From assembly GCA_963733055.1 (NCBI GenBank), contig CAVTBR010000001.1, positions 128,001-192,000 of the forward strand: a stretch of 64,000 nt of DNA, written 5' to 3'. The DNA is from Candidatus Bathyarchaeota archaeon. Its GTDB lineage: Archaea; Thermoproteota; Bathyarchaeia; 40CM-2-53-6. The notes beneath the pieces were generated by a model. It was not told where the DNA came from. It made no database searches and saw only the letters and a program-made list of their open reading frames with translations. The translations under genes were made by a program, and so were the position numbers. Positions 51,220 to 58,939 of the stretch are shown here, piece by piece (position 1 is the stretch's first letter; the number at the start of each line of letters is the position of its first letter).

Positions 51220-51927
51220 TTGACTGGAAGAGTAGAGGCGGGAGCAGAGGCTAGGCCGGAATTTCTCGCCGGCGTGAGAGCTACGTTGCCCCTCCTTCTC
51301 GGCGCGATCCCCTTTGGAGTGACTTATGGTGTGCTGGCTTTTTCGGGTGGATTGAGCGTTTCCGCTGCACTTGGCATGTCTTCGATAGTATTTGCCGGCT
51401 CATCACAGTTTGTGGCCGTACAACTCTTCACCCTCGCCGTACCCGCTGTGGTCATAATCGTTACCACGTTTATGGTAAACCTGCGCCACGCCTTGTACAG
51501 CGCATCACTTTCCCCACATCTGAGGCATCTTCGCTCGCTCTGGAAGTGGGTTCTGAGCTACCTTCTTACCGATGAAGCCTACGCCGTAACCATTGTACAT
51601 TACGATCGTGTTGGGACTTCACGGAACGGACACTGGTTTTTCCTCGGAGCAGGACTAACGTTGTGGACTGCCTGGCAGGCGAGCACGGCCGCAGGAATTT
51701 TTCTAGGTGAGGTGATCCCGACAAGTTGGCCACTCGATTTCGCTATAACTTTGACTTTCATCGCTCTCCTCGTTCCAATGCTGAAAGATAGGCTCAGTGT
51801 GGGGGTGTCGTTGACCGCAGGAATGATCGCGGTACTTACGATTAACCTCCCACTTCGATTGAACCTCATACTCGCTGTCATCATAGCCGTTGTCATAGGG
51901 GTAGCGATCGATCGAATCAAGAGATGA
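51220..51927 (+). CDS. azlC: AzlC branched-chain amino acid exporter subunit
   Basis: FAGSSQF, VNLRHALYS, LTDEAYA, LDFA. Confidence 0.93.
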   Translation: MTGRVEAGAEARPEFLAGVRATLPLLLGAIPFGVTYGVLAFSGGLSVSAALGMSSIVFAGSSQFVAVQLFTLAVPAVVIIVTTFMVNLRHALYSASLSPHLRHLRSLWKWVLSYLLTDEAYAVTIVHYDRVGTSRNGHWFFLGAGLTLWTAWQASTAAGIFLGEVIPTSWPLDFAITLTFIALLVPMLKDRLSVGVSLTAGMIAVLTINLPLRLNLILAVIIAVVIGVAIDRIKR

Positions 51928-51934
51928 CATCGCT

Positions 51935-52264
51935 TTGCTAAATCCGGAAACTGTCTGGCTAACAATTGTCGCGATGGGCGTGATCACATTCGCTTTGAGA
52001 CTATCGTTCATCGTATTCCTTGGACACATCAAACTCCCAGCCTCAGTAAGGCGTGGCCTAGACTTCGTCCCGCCGGCCGTCTTTGCCGCATTGATCCTTC
52101 CGGACCTCCTTCGAAACACGATGATAGCTCCCCTTTCTATTCACATGGAGGCCCGTCTCATTGCGGGGATAGTTGCCGTGATCGTGGCCTGGCGCACGAA
52201 AAACGTTGTGTTGACGATTGGCGTGGGATTCGCGTTTTTGTTCCTATTGCAAGCATTCACGTGA
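51935..52264 (+). CDS. azlD: AzlD exporter small subunit
   Basis: T.ALR, VPPAV.AALI.P, AWRTKN...TI..G; follows azlC. Confidence 0.9.
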   Translation: MLNPETVWLTIVAMGVITFALRLSFIVFLGHIKLPASVRRGLDFVPPAVFAALILPDLLRNTMIAPLSIHMEARLIAGIVAVIVAWRTKNVVLTIGVGFAFLFLLQAFT

Positions 52265-52299
52265 GAAACACTTATCGCCCAAAATAACAGAAAAGTGGT

Positions 52300-52947
52300 T
52301 TACTCGATGCGTCGGCCGGCCTCGTTACGGAGGCAATCGAACATGAGCATCGTAACGTAGGCTCCTGGATCTGGCTTTCCGAGAGTCTGCTCTCCAAGAT
52401 ACCGCGCCTTTCCCCGCTTTGCCACAAAGCTCTTGGTCAATTCATAGCCAGCTTCAGCAGCATTCGCCGCATCTTCCAAAGCCAACAGAAGAGGCGTATT
52501 TTTCGAGGCCGAATTCTTGAGCGATGCCACTGCCGGATCGAGCACGTCGATAAGTGTCTTCTCGCCTGCATGTGCACCTCCACGGGCCTCCACTTTTCCC
52601 ATGGACGCCTCAAACATCGCCGCCAAGTCCGATACCCTTAGCTCGCTTCTCGATTTGGCAACATCTCCTGCCGACGCGAATAACGTACCGAATATCGGAC
52701 CCGCAGCTCCGCCAGCCGAGGAGAGTATCGCCCGCCCAGCCTCTGATAAGAGAAGGCCTGCATTATTGCTCCCTGGAGATTCGAGAACTTTCATGACTTT
52801 CTCGAAGGCTACGTGCATGGTTGTCCCAAAGTCCCCGTCTCCGCATGCCGCGTCCATTTTGTTCAATTCATCTTTTGATCCAAGAACACGGCGTGCAAAA
52901 TTCAGAAGGAAATCTCTGAACTGTGCGTAGGAGAGGGACTCTTCCAA
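52300..52947 (-). CDS. dhaL: Dihydroxyacetone kinase L subunit
   Basis: D...GDGDFG, GGAAGP.FG, GEKT.IDVL, RGKARYLGE..G.PDPGA; TTG start at 52947. Confidence 0.9.
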   Translation of the reverse strand: MEESLSYAQFRDFLLNFARRVLGSKDELNKMDAACGDGDFGTTMHVAFEKVMKVLESPGSNNAGLLLSEAGRAILSSAGGAAGPIFGTLFASAGDVAKSRSELRVSDLAAMFEASMGKVEARGGAHAGEKTLIDVLDPAVASLKNSASKNTPLLLALEDAANAAEAGYELTKSFVAKRGKARYLGEQTLGKPDPGAYVTMLMFDCLRNEAGRRIE

Positions 52948-52960
52948 CAGGCAACGCCCG

Positions 52961-53975
52961 TTAGGACTTCGGGACCGTTCCGCACCAGCGATACGCTGGC
53001 GTGACCAGCGGGTGCATCGAAACACTTCTTCAACTCTGGGTCGAGACGCATCAATGTCACCGAGCATCCTGCCATTTCTTGAGATGTTAGGAAATTGCCG
53101 ACTTCAGTTCGATGAATTGAGATCCCTAATTCTTTCAAGAGCTGATGGGTTTTTCGGTTTATGATGAAGAGTTCCATTAGCGTTGTGGAACCGTAGCCAT
53201 TGACGATAACGTTCACTTCATCGCCTTCCTTGAAAGGCAAATCCTTGACTACTTCATTCACGAGAGCTTGGGCGGTATCGTCCGCTGGAAGCAGCCCCGT
53301 CTTTCTGGTTCCTTTCTCTCCGTGCGCTCCGATTCCAAAATACATCTCCTCCGGCCCGATCGTGAAGGTCGGTTGTCCGCTCGTGGGGACTGTGGCGGGT
53401 GACAGGCCGACAGCGAAAGTGCGTGAGTTATCTCTAGCGCCCTCTGCCACTCTCCTCACTTCCGAAAGGCTTGCTCCCTCCTCGGCTTTCGCTCCTGCCA
53501 CTTTGATTACGAACAGATCACCAGCTAACCCACGCCTCTCCTGAACCGAATCGGGGGACGCCGAGGCTACATCGTCCCAGACGCGAACCGTAGCTGTCTC
53601 AATTCCGTCCTCTTTCGCATTTTCCGCAGCGATATCGAAGTTCATGTTGTCCCCCGAATAGTTTCCATAAACATACAAGATACCCTCCCCACCGTCTACC
53701 GCCTTGGTCGCATCGAGAATCATTGGCGGGGATGGGGCTGAGAAAACGTCGCCAAGCACCGCCGCATCAGCCATCCCGTACCCTACCCAGCCAAGGAAAA
53801 GTGGTTCATGCCCGCTGCCACCGCCTACGACCACACCAACTTTACCGGAAACGGGTGCACCTTGCCGCGCGACGACGTGTGGATTGACGAGCTTGACCAA
53901 CCGGTTGTATGCGCAGGTGAAACCTTCGATGCTTTCCACCGTCACGTTAAAGGGATCATTGATGAGCTTCTTCAA
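52961..53975 (-). CDS. dhaK: Dihydroxyacetone kinase K subunit; probable +1 frameshift near 53005
   Basis: KKLINDP, GGGSGHEP, NYSGD.MNF, RRGLAG, G.HGE.G, TSQEMAG; alternative frame restores DAPA/VTPAYRW..* ending just before dhaL. Confidence 0.9.
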
Positions 53976-54114
53976 TCGACCATCACTGAAAAGGCTGGAT
54001 TCGTAATCCAGCACGACTTAGCTTTAGCCTATCGGTACAGTGACTAGAAACATTCGACCGGCTATCGCAGTCGCGGTAATGATTGAAATCGGCGGATTCC
54101 GAAATTGATCGAGG

Positions 54115-54495
54115 CTACGCTGCCTTTGGTTTTTGCAACAGTACGTAGGCTGTCAGAGCCATTATGACAACCTGGGCGATGAAGACCTCAACGCTTCCAG
54201 GTGGGAACAAATCTGTGGAGAACCCAAATACTTGACCGCCTGACAGAGGTGTGGGAATTGTGGCGGTTATCAAGATCAATATGTTGTCGATGAGTGACAA
54301 GACGAAAAGGCCAATGGCAGCAGGTTTGAACAGCTTACCTGATGTCAGCACCGCGACGGCGCCCGCTGCAAAGAGTACTGTGGTAACCGAGAAGTAGAGT
54401 CCGATGGGGTCGGAGAATCCGGCCAAGGTCGTGTGCGCATAAGCGTTGTACAGTGCAACTATTAGAATCACGATCTTAACGGGAGAGACTTTCAT
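54115..54495 (-). CDS. Hypothetical 4-TM membrane protein
   Basis: Hydrophobic ORF from ATG at 54495, with TTTAAA TATA-like elements upstream. Confidence 0.7.
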   Translation of the reverse strand: MKVSPVKIVILIVALYNAYAHTTLAGFSDPIGLYFSVTTVLFAAGAVAVLTSGKLFKPAAIGLFVLSLIDNILILITATIPTPLSGGQVFGFSTDLFPPGSVEVFIAQVVIMALTAYVLLQKPKAA

Positions 54496-54667
54496 AACAT
54501 CTGACCTAGCTAGGCGATGATGTTTTAAACTATTTAAACTTACTATGTCTGTAGTAGGATGAAACAGAGCTTTCCGGACCACCGCGGGCCGGCGCCTCAT
54601 CAATTCTCCGAGTCGATTCGCTCACATGCTTGTCGGCCGGTACAAAGTTTCTTACCGTTTTCTGCGT

Positions 54668-54712
54668 ATTCCTTTAGGAATGAATTCCGATGGCTGAAAT
54701 TCCTATAGGAAT
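54668..54712. promoter_or_regulatory. Tandem palindromes ATTCCT-WW-AGGAAT, 31 bp apart, upstream of the thrC-like TATA box
   Basis: ATTCCTTTAGGAAT at 54668-54681 and ATTCCTATAGGAAT at 54699-54712; TATTAATA near 54729. Confidence 0.7.
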
Positions 54713-54780
54713 ATCGAGTTCAACCATCTATTAATACCGCTCTCGCATGCGGCGAATCAAATTCGGGTTGTTGTTGAAAT

Positions 54781-56007
54781 TTGGGAGTTGTACAATCACT
54801 CGTCTGTCGTCGCTGTGATGCTGAAAGCCCGCCGCAAAGAACCATCTCATGTCCACAATGTTTTGCGCCACTTGACGTCACTTACGACCTTGATTCAATA
54901 GAGCTTACTCACTCTTCGTTTGAATCACGGGCGAGAACACTCTGGAGATACAAGGAGCTGCTCCCTGTTCAAGATTCGAAGAACATTGTTGATTTGAACG
55001 CTGGATTTACTCCGCTTCATCGGTGCAGAAATCTTGAGCGAGTTCTTGGATTACAGGAGCTGTACGTGAAGAATGATGGTTTGAACCCGACTAATTCTTT
55101 CAAGGACAGACCTGCTTCTGTGGCTATCTCCAAAGCGATCGAATTTCAGCTCGGGGTTGTTGGTGCAGTCTCGACTGGAAACCTCGCAGCCGCAATGTCC
55201 GCTCATGCAGCTAAAGCAAACCTACCCTGCTACATATTCATCCCTGAGGGGATAGAGGCAGGCAAGATCGCGCAGATCAACGCTTACGGCCCTCATATAT
55301 TGAGCGTCAGGGGGACCTACGATGACGCCAACCGTCTCGCGTACTTGGCTTCAGAGGAGTATGGTTGGACGATTGCCAACATAACCATGCGTCCCTACTA
55401 TGTCGAGGGTTCCAAGACTCTTGCTTTCGAGGTTTGTGAACAGTTAGGTTGGCAGGCTCCGGATCATATGATTGTAGCCGTTGGAAGCGGCGCCCTGATG
55501 CGAGCAATCTGGAAAGGGTTTGATGAATTTCACAAGATTGGCCTAATCGGGAATCGAACTCCGTCCATTCACGGCGCTCAAGCATCGGGATGCGCTCCTG
55601 TCGCCACAGCTTTCGAAAATAACACCGAAAAAATACGGCCGGTACCAAAACCCGACACAATAGCAAAGAGCATAGCGATCGGTGATCCGGGGGATGGAGC
55701 TTACGCCATCGAGGTTGCCAAGAGAACTAGTGGCACGATAGGCCAAGTGACGGATTCCGATATTCAAAAAGCCATAACCCTTCTCGCATCCAAAGAAGGA
55801 ATATTCGCTGAACCCGCCGGCGCGGTAACCATTGCATTACTCAACAAACTTGTCGACGAGGGACGTATCGATACCGATGAAAGCGTCGTCTGCTGCGTAA
55901 CGGGTAACGGGCTGAAGTCCGTCGAGGCTGTTCCAACCTACAACCAGCGTTGGCATACCCTCGACCCAACGCTTCAATCATTGAACGCGATTGTAGAAAA
56001 TGGGTGA
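54781..56007 (+). CDS. thrC: Threonine-synthase-like PLP enzyme
   Basis: N-terminal CxxC..CxxC, LWRY..LLP, NPTNSFKDR, STGN, EG.KT, EPA, TGNGLK. Confidence 0.88.
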   Translation: MGVVQSLVCRRCDAESPPQRTISCPQCFAPLDVTYDLDSIELTHSSFESRARTLWRYKELLPVQDSKNIVDLNAGFTPLHRCRNLERVLGLQELYVKNDGLNPTNSFKDRPASVAISKAIEFQLGVVGAVSTGNLAAAMSAHAAKANLPCYIFIPEGIEAGKIAQINAYGPHILSVRGTYDDANRLAYLASEEYGWTIANITMRPYYVEGSKTLAFEVCEQLGWQAPDHMIVAVGSGALMRAIWKGFDEFHKIGLIGNRTPSIHGAQASGCAPVATAFENNTEKIRPVPKPDTIAKSIAIGDPGDGAYAIEVAKRTSGTIGQVTDSDIQKAITLLASKEGIFAEPAGAVTIALLNKLVDEGRIDTDESVVCCVTGNGLKSVEAVPTYNQRWHTLDPTLQSLNAIVENG

Positions 56008-56295
56008 ATCATCTTCGGACAAATAACCGTTAAACTGTACGGGGCAGCGGTCGAAGCCGCGAAACGGCAGACCGAGACAAAAGTTGAAGCGTCAAATGTT
56101 CGCGAACTTCTCGGCAGGCTCTGTGACGATTTCGGCGACTCATTCAAACGCAAGGTTATCGATTCGAAAGGTGGACCTCAACCTTTCGTGAGTGTCTACG
56201 TCAACAACACTGACATACGTCATCTAAACTACGTCGAAACAGAGTTGAAGGATGGCGATGAAGTTCTGATTCTTCCCGCCGTAGCAGGCGGTTAA
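56000..56295 (+). CDS. MoaD/SAMP ubiquitin-like sulfur carrier (start disrupted)
   Basis: Not in the ORF track: ITVKLYG..VYVNNTDIRHL..ETELKDGDEVLILPAVAGG*; ATG at 56000 needs one more A in the A-run near 56021. Confidence 0.85.
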
Positions 56296-56373
56296 TCAGG
56301 AAACCGAATTGGCGTCTATCAAAGAGGGCGGGACACAGATCCTACAGGCACTACTCCAACCAAGACTGACGAC

Positions 56374-56522
56374 CTCTACAGAGGGGAGATCAGTCGATAC
56401 GGACGACCCTCATTAATCCTAAAGTCGGCGCAAAAGAACGGAAGTGACTCAAAGCAACAAGCCTAGTCGTGGTCGCCGCGGAGGCTTGGATCGCTAACTT
56501 GGTTTACCTGACAACAGCCGTT
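56374..56522 (+). pseudogene. Decayed N-terminal fragment of a MoeB/UbaA (E1-like) gene
   Basis: Across frames: EISRYGR/LINPKVGAKERK*LKATSLVVV/AGGLGS../YLTTA, matching the ERYSRHL..VG..GQ.RL...V.VVGAGGLGS..YL.AAG pattern. Confidence 0.65.
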
Positions 56523-56600
56523 CAAATCCTGAAAACTGGGGGCCTGAGAGCAAATCCGCTCACAAACCGCATTCTAACTGGATCGTTGTTACCTGAGAGT

Positions 56601-57449
56601 TTAGCCGTGGGGCAATTCCTTCTCGGCCTGCGTTAGCGTACATCCGACTGAACCACCTGGCTTAGATTGCGATTTGTGAGACCGATCGGATATGACGGCG
56701 ACAGTCGCTAACAATTCTTTACCGATTGCTGGGCGGGTTTCCGTGGGATCCATGTTGGTGTGGGTATTGCAATTTGGCTGACAGCGAAAAACATTGTCGG
56801 CTAATCTGCCCTCTACGTTTGTCCATTTTGACGTGTAATGCTCAGCGTTTAGTGAAGCGATTCGGAACTGGCGGTTCATCTTGCCGTTGCGTTCGGTGCA
56901 TTTCATTTCGAAGATGCCGTCGAAGAGGGGTTTGAGCATGCTCACGAAATTTGGTGGGTGGACGCCCTCTTCCAAGGTCAATATGCTTGGTACGTGGTCT
57001 TTGCGTAGACGTGCGGTCAGGACCTGGAGAAACTTGTAGGTAGCGGCAGGGCCAGCTTCTAGACTTAAGGTTGTGATGGAATCAAGTGCAAACGCGTAGC
57101 TTCTCATCTCGAGTCGAGCTTTGTCGATTACTATGCTCACCTCGCCTAAGCTGAGCCCGTTAGCCGACCAAGTAGCAGCTGGATCTTTCTCACCGAAGCG
57201 CCACGAATAGCTGTCGACGATCCGGAGAATGTTTTCTACATTACTGAACTTCGAGCGTTTTGAGAGAAGTTGGAGATGATGTGATGGGGGCTGATCGGTC
57301 ACAACGTAAAGGCATCTTTTCTGCTCTTCCAAGTAGTCGTGTAGAAACCTTAGGATGTAGCTAGTCTTGCCCGCGGTTGGTGGGCCAGTCAACAGCCACA
57401 CGCCCTCGGAAACATTCCCTTTGGTGAGCTGATCTGAACCTGGAAACAT
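56601..57449 (-). CDS. KaiC/RAD55-like RecA-superfamily ATPase
   Basis: LLTGPPTAGKT, IVDSYSW, LDSIT, FDGIFEM, R.FRI. Confidence 0.85.
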   Translation of the reverse strand: MFPGSDQLTKGNVSEGVWLLTGPPTAGKTSYILRFLHDYLEEQKRCLYVVTDQPPSHHLQLLSKRSKFSNVENILRIVDSYSWRFGEKDPAATWSANGLSLGEVSIVIDKARLEMRSYAFALDSITTLSLEAGPAATYKFLQVLTARLRKDHVPSILTLEEGVHPPNFVSMLKPLFDGIFEMKCTERNGKMNRQFRIASLNAEHYTSKWTNVEGRLADNVFRCQPNCNTHTNMDPTETRPAIGKELLATVAVISDRSHKSQSKPGGSVGCTLTQAEKELPHG

Positions 57450-57452
57450 GTC

Positions 57453-58526
57453 TCAAGTTACCTTCTTTTCTAGAAGTGGAGCGACTCCGCGAAGTACGTT
57501 GGAAACCATGTATTCACGATCGGTCCTCCACCGTCCATTTTGGAACGGATCGGGATCAATGCCCCAGCGGAAGCTGGATAAGTAATCGCACCAGAACATT
57601 TCTACCAGAGAACAATGCAGCTTCAAGATACCGTACACGAGTGGGATATCGAGTGATGATAGCGTTGCATATAGTACGAAGCCGTCTTGTTCCGGCCACA
57701 GTGTGGACTGGAAAGGCAGCTCCGATACGGCAGCGGAGACTTGTTTCACGACACTGAAATTGCATTTGCAACGAAATAGTGCGATCGTCGCTAGCCCCGT
57801 TAGGAATGCGCCCGCTAGCACCCTGTAGCCTAGGATCACCTTTTCCGACTGTAAGAAATCCAATCTACGGCTCAAGGTGGATTCCGAAACTCCTACGTGT
57901 CTGGCTATGTCGCGTTGAGCTCGTAATATGTCGATAGAAACTTCACTTAGAATTCTCAAGTCGATTATATCAAGTCGATCAAGGATTGATGGCAAAGGGG
58001 CGGCCGGGGGAGGAGGGGCTGAGGACCAATTCCGCTCCCAAGTTTTCCAATCAAACGTCCAGCCTTTTCCAGGAGTGTAACGAGAGTAGTCCGTTTCAGG
58101 CATAGCTATATCGGCAATTGGGAAGTGGAGATCGTAGCTCTCTATTTTTCCTAAGCCTACTAGATTTTCAAACAATTCTAGTAGCAGGGCAGTGGTTCCG
58201 GGTGGAATTGCGAACCTCACAAAGAGAGCGCTCTCTGAGCCTGAACAGCGAATACGATACTGCGTGTACGGATGCTCGAGGCAAAGCGCTTCAAGGAGCG
58301 GCCATGAATCGGGCTGACAGCGAAGTATGCAGGCTACTGATTCTAAACCTACTCTACCGTAATTTACCTGGGCTGAAACTCCCAAGAGATTTTTTTCTGA
58401 CTTTAACCGTTCAATGGTTTTCGCCACATTCCCGCACGAGACTCCCAGCCGACCCGCAATGGCAATGTTTGATTGAAGCGGATTCTCTCCCAAGTACGAA
58501 AGCAGATTTAGCTCGAATTTATCCAT
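57453..58526 (-). CDS. Tandem Lrp/AsnC-like winged-HTH regulator
   Basis: Two HTH units: IAGRLGVS..VAKTIERL and LD.IDLRIL..IARHVGVSESTLSRRL. Confidence 0.8.
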   Translation of the reverse strand: MDKFELNLLSYLGENPLQSNIAIAGRLGVSCGNVAKTIERLKSEKNLLGVSAQVNYGRVGLESVACILRCQPDSWPLLEALCLEHPYTQYRIRCSGSESALFVRFAIPPGTTALLLELFENLVGLGKIESYDLHFPIADIAMPETDYSRYTPGKGWTFDWKTWERNWSSAPPPPAAPLPSILDRLDIIDLRILSEVSIDILRAQRDIARHVGVSESTLSRRLDFLQSEKVILGYRVLAGAFLTGLATIALFRCKCNFSVVKQVSAAVSELPFQSTLWPEQDGFVLYATLSSLDIPLVYGILKLHCSLVEMFWCDYLSSFRWGIDPDPFQNGRWRTDREYMVSNVLRGVAPLLEKKVT

Positions 58527-58553
58527 CTATAGCTCCTCCCTTCCCACCCGCAT

Positions 58554-58613
58554 GAGAAAAAGAGAACGCATCTCTAGTTAGGGGAGAAAACATAGAGGCT
58601 CCCCTACCTAGAG
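58554..58613 (-). terminator. Stem-loop followed by a U-rich tract after the peptide gene
   Basis: CTCTAG-G-TAGGGGAG / 12-nt loop / CTCCCCTA-A-CTAGAG, then TTCTCTTTTTCT. Confidence 0.7.
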
Positions 58614-58625
58614 CGCGCTTATTGG

Positions 58626-58838
58626 TCACCTAGTACCTGGACCCACATTACCCGGACCAATGCTCCCGCCGCACCTTGGATTGGGTGAGATACCGAAGTT
58701 CACGCCCTCTCCGACGCCAGGTTTAGCAAGAACGCATATGGGGCCTACCTGTACAAGGCATGCGAACACTGCACTGGCTTGTATCAGACCCACCACGATG
58801 ATCACGGCTAACACTAGGCCCAACGTTTTGCCCCGCAT
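58626..58838 (-). CDS. Small secreted Cys/Gly/Pro-rich peptide (70 aa)
   Basis: Signal peptide MRGKTLGLVLAVIIVVGLIQASAVFA plus a 44-aa mature part; GGTGA SD and strong TATA upstream. Confidence 0.75.
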   Translation of the reverse strand: MRGKTLGLVLAVIIVVGLIQASAVFACLVQVGPICVLAKPGVGEGVNFGISPNPRCGGSIGPGNVGPGTR

Positions 58839-58862
58839 TTCTTTCACCTACCTGCATAAATT

Positions 58863-58880
58863 GCTTAATATATATAAAAA
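58863..58880 (-). promoter_or_regulatory. Strong TATA box of the peptide gene
   Basis: TTTTTATATATATTAAGC about 30 nt upstream of the ATG. Confidence 0.7.
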
Positions 58881-58939
58881 ACTTGCGCCCCACATGTTTA
58901 AAATCGTCATTGTCTTGGAAAAGTTTTGTTATTATTTTG

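Noticed and set aside
52948-53067. N-terminal extension of DhaL overlapping dhaK
   Set aside because: A TTG at 52947 and the corrected dhaK stop at 52961 remove the overlap
56005-56007. Selenocysteine at the thrC TGA
   Set aside because: It lies in a linker rather than a Cys-equivalent position, no SECIS is evident, and a one-base deletion explains it more simply
56515-56535. tRNA T-loop-like GTTCAAATCC
   Set aside because: The flanks do not form a T-stem or cloverleaf
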